Assembly (NCBI GenBank): GCA_051531975.1
Contig: JAOPTT010000009.1
Location: forward strand, 224,001-288,000
Length of the DNA: 64,000 nt
Reading direction: 5' to 3'
Source of the DNA: Spirochaetaceae bacterium
Lineage (GTDB): Bacteria > Spirochaetota > Spirochaetia > DSM-2461
Below are positions 61,876 through 64,000 of this stretch, one piece after another. Made by a program: the position numbers and the translations under genes. Position 1 is the stretch's first letter. The number at the start of each line of letters is the position of its first letter. The notes below the pieces were generated by a model that did not search any database, was not told where the DNA came from, and saw only the letters and a program-made list of their open reading frames with translations.

Positions 61876-62874
61876 GTGAAGAAAAACGTAATTTTAACTA
61901 TCTGTCTGATTTTAATGACAGGTTCATTATTTGCCAACGGGGTAAAGGAAGCTAAAAGCGAGACTAAAGAGATTAAAATAGGATTTCTTGTAAAAATGCC
62001 TGAGGAAGGATGGTTTCAACAAGAGTGGAAGTTTGCCCAGGAAGCAGGAGCAGATTACGGATTTAAAGTAATTGAGATCGGAACTCCTGATGGAGAGAAA
62101 GTTCTATCAGCTATAGATAATCTTGCAGCGCAAGGTGCACAAGGTTTTATAATTTGTACACCAGATGTAAAGCTTGGATCTGCAATATTAGCCAAAGCTA
62201 ATGCAAATGACTTAAAGCTATTTACAGTTGATGATCGTCTAGTTGGAGCTGATGGAACACCTATTCAAGAGATCCCTCATATGGGTATATCTGCATACGA
62301 AATTGGTAAAGAAGTAGGTAAAACACTGGCCTCCCAGATGAAAGAGAGAGGATGGAAACAGGAAGAAACAGGTTTTATGAGAATAAGTTTTAATGAACTT
62401 CCTACAGCAGTAGATAGAATTACAGGTGCTACAGATGCATTAGTTGAAATGGGTTATGATAAGAATTTTATATTTGATTCCCCACAGAAAACCACAGATA
62501 CAGAGGGTGCTTTTAATGCGGCAAATATTACAATTACAAAAAATCCTAATATTAAACACTGGCTTATTACAGGACTTAATGATGAAGCTTCAGCTGGTGG
62601 AACAAGAGCTCTAGAAGGTAATGGTTTTGCTGTAGAAGATATCTGTGCAGTAGGAATTGGTGGAAGTGGTGTAGCTATTGCTGAATTTGAAAAAGAAAAT
62701 CTTACAGGTTTCTATTCTACAGCACTGCTTTCTCCTAGAAGACATGGTTATGAAACTGCAGAATTGGTATACAAATGGATTACCACTGGTGTTAAACCTC
62801 CAGCAACTACATGGACTAGTGCTGCTATGATGAACCGTTCAAACTATATTGCTGTACAAAAAGAAAACAGCTAA
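61876..62874 (+). CDS. araF: L-arabinose ABC transporter substrate-binding protein
   Basis: 'KIGFLVKMPEEGWFQQEWKFA', 'DGEKVLSAIDNL', 'ICTPDVKLG', 'VDDR', 'ELPTAVDR', 'HGYET' closely follow AraF. Confidence 0.85.
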   Translation: MKKNVILTICLILMTGSLFANGVKEAKSETKEIKIGFLVKMPEEGWFQQEWKFAQEAGADYGFKVIEIGTPDGEKVLSAIDNLAAQGAQGFIICTPDVKLGSAILAKANANDLKLFTVDDRLVGADGTPIQEIPHMGISAYEIGKEVGKTLASQMKERGWKQEETGFMRISFNELPTAVDRITGATDALVEMGYDKNFIFDSPQKTTDTEGAFNAANITITKNPNIKHWLITGLNDEASAGGTRALEGNGFAVEDICAVGIGGSGVAIAEFEKENLTGFYSTALLSPRRHGYETAELVYKWITTGVKPPATTWTSAAMMNRSNYIAVQKENS

Positions 62875-62898
62875 TACAGACATTATTTAAACAATTAC

Positions 62899-62931
62899 AA
62901 TAACAGGAAGATTATATTTCTTCCTGTTATT
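62899..62931 (+). terminator. Intergenic hairpin after araF
   Basis: AATAACAGGAAGA / TCTTCCTGTTATT 13-bp perfect stem with 7-nt loop. Confidence 0.6.
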
Positions 62932-62958
62932 TATCCTAAATTAAATTGAGAGTTTGAT

Positions 62959-64000
62959 ATGATACCTTATTTACAATTTCGATCAGTTACAAAAAAATAT
63001 CCTGGAGTGGTTGCTTTGAACAACGTTTCATTTGATGTGCAACGTGGTGAAGTTCATGGATTAATCGGAGAGAATGGGGCCGGAAAATCGACCCTACTTA
63101 AAACCCTAAGTGGAGCACATAAACCAACATCAGGAGAAGTTATTCTTAATGGCGTTGTGCAAGACTTTACAAATACAAAGGATGCTTTAAAAGCCGGTGT
63201 TTCAATAATTTACCAGGAATTACATCTTGTTCCGGAAATGACAGTAGCAGAAAACCTTCTTTTAGGTCATTTCCCAAAAAAGATATCAGGTTTTATAGAT
63301 TTTAAATCTATGAGATCAATAGCCCGTTCCGAGCTTAAGTATATACTGGAAGATATAGACGTTAATAAAAAAATTAAAGAATTATCAATTGGACAAAGAC
63401 AAATGATAGAAATAGCAAAGGCGCTTTTACATAATGCGGATATTATAGCTTTTGATGAACCTACAAGTTCACTATCTGAAAGGGAAACAACTCGTCTTTT
63501 TGAAATTATTGATAATCTAAGAAAAGAAGGAAAATCTATTTTATATGTTTCCCATAGAATGGAAGAGATATTTAAGATATGTGATTCTGTAACTGTTTTC
63601 CGTGATGGTCAGAAAATAGAAACATTTACTGACATGAATAAAATTGATAATGATATTCTTGTTAACCGTATGGTTGGTCGGGATATAAAAGATGTATATA
63701 GTTACAAACCAAGAAAAATTGGTGAGACTTATCTTAAGGTTGAAGGTGTAAAGGGTTTTGGTTTAGAAGAGCCTGCTACTTTCGAACTGAAGAGAGGGGA
63801 AATTTTAGGTTTTTTTGGTTTAGTTGGCGCTGGACGTACAGAACTAATGAAGTTAATATATGGCGCTGAAAAATCTGATAATGGAAGTTTAGTTTTAGAC
63901 GGTAATAAGATTAAAATAAATTGTCCAAAGGATTCAATTGATAATGGTATATTTTTCTGCCCTGAAGATAGAAAGGATGAAGGAATAATACCAATAAGAA
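62959..64000 (+). CDS. araG: L-arabinose ABC transporter ATP-binding protein, 3' partial (absent from the ORF track)
   Basis: MIPYLQFRSVTKKYPGVVAL...GENGAGKST...YQELHLVPEMTVAEN...AFDEPTSSLS...YVSHRMEE...CPEDRK, open to the window end. Confidence 0.88.
   Translation, partial: MIPYLQFRSVTKKYPGVVALNNVSFDVQRGEVHGLIGENGAGKSTLLKTLSGAHKPTSGEVILNGVVQDFTNTKDALKAGVSIIYQELHLVPEMTVAENLLLGHFPKKISGFIDFKSMRSIARSELKYILEDIDVNKKIKELSIGQRQMIEIAKALLHNADIIAFDEPTSSLSERETTRLFEIIDNLRKEGKSILYVSHRMEEIFKICDSVTVFRDGQKIETFTDMNKIDNDILVNRMVGRDIKDVYSYKPRKIGETYLKVEGVKGFGLEEPATFELKRGEILGFFGLVGAGRTELMKLIYGAEKSDNGSLVLDGNKIKINCPKDSIDNGIFFCPEDRKDEGIIPIR

Overview
AT-rich bacterial chromosomal window, most likely a free-living anaerobic spirochaete (inferred from the 'FA(S/T/N)G-x-x-E' N-termini of the binding proteins), dominated by carbohydrate uptake/catabolism and signalling loci. 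In order: an RND efflux operon (MFP partial, RND, TolC); IclR plus a ribose-type ABC transporter and aldehyde dehydrogenase; a deletion scar joining a truncated KdgF-like cupin, a 5'-truncated atypical SDR and a GH43-like gene; a 1943-aa hybrid sensor kinase; an Fe3+/sugar-phosphate-type ABC transporter with a PhoB/PhoR-like pair and RapZ; a LacI-regulated GH4 alpha-galactosidase/ABC operon flanked by two orphan lipoproteins; a ~16-kb sulfoquinovose cluster of the transketolase/sulfoacetate type; a DUF5107-TPR/epimerase-like pair with AraC; and an arabinose-type ABC transporter (araF, partial araG) behind a sigma54 promoter. Two items stand out. (1) The sulfoquinovose cluster has no recognisable YihS- or SqvD-type isomerase, but an IolB/KduI-family cupin shares a near-identical promoter-operator block with the transketolase operon, so it is a candidate new SQ isomerase. 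(2) A soluble histidine kinase uses a degenerate sugar-ABC ATPase as its N-terminal domain and is paired with an NtrC-type activator divergent from araFG, suggesting transporter-coupled sensing. No rRNA, tRNA, CRISPR array or intact mobile element was recognised. All functional calls come from motif recognition without database searches.
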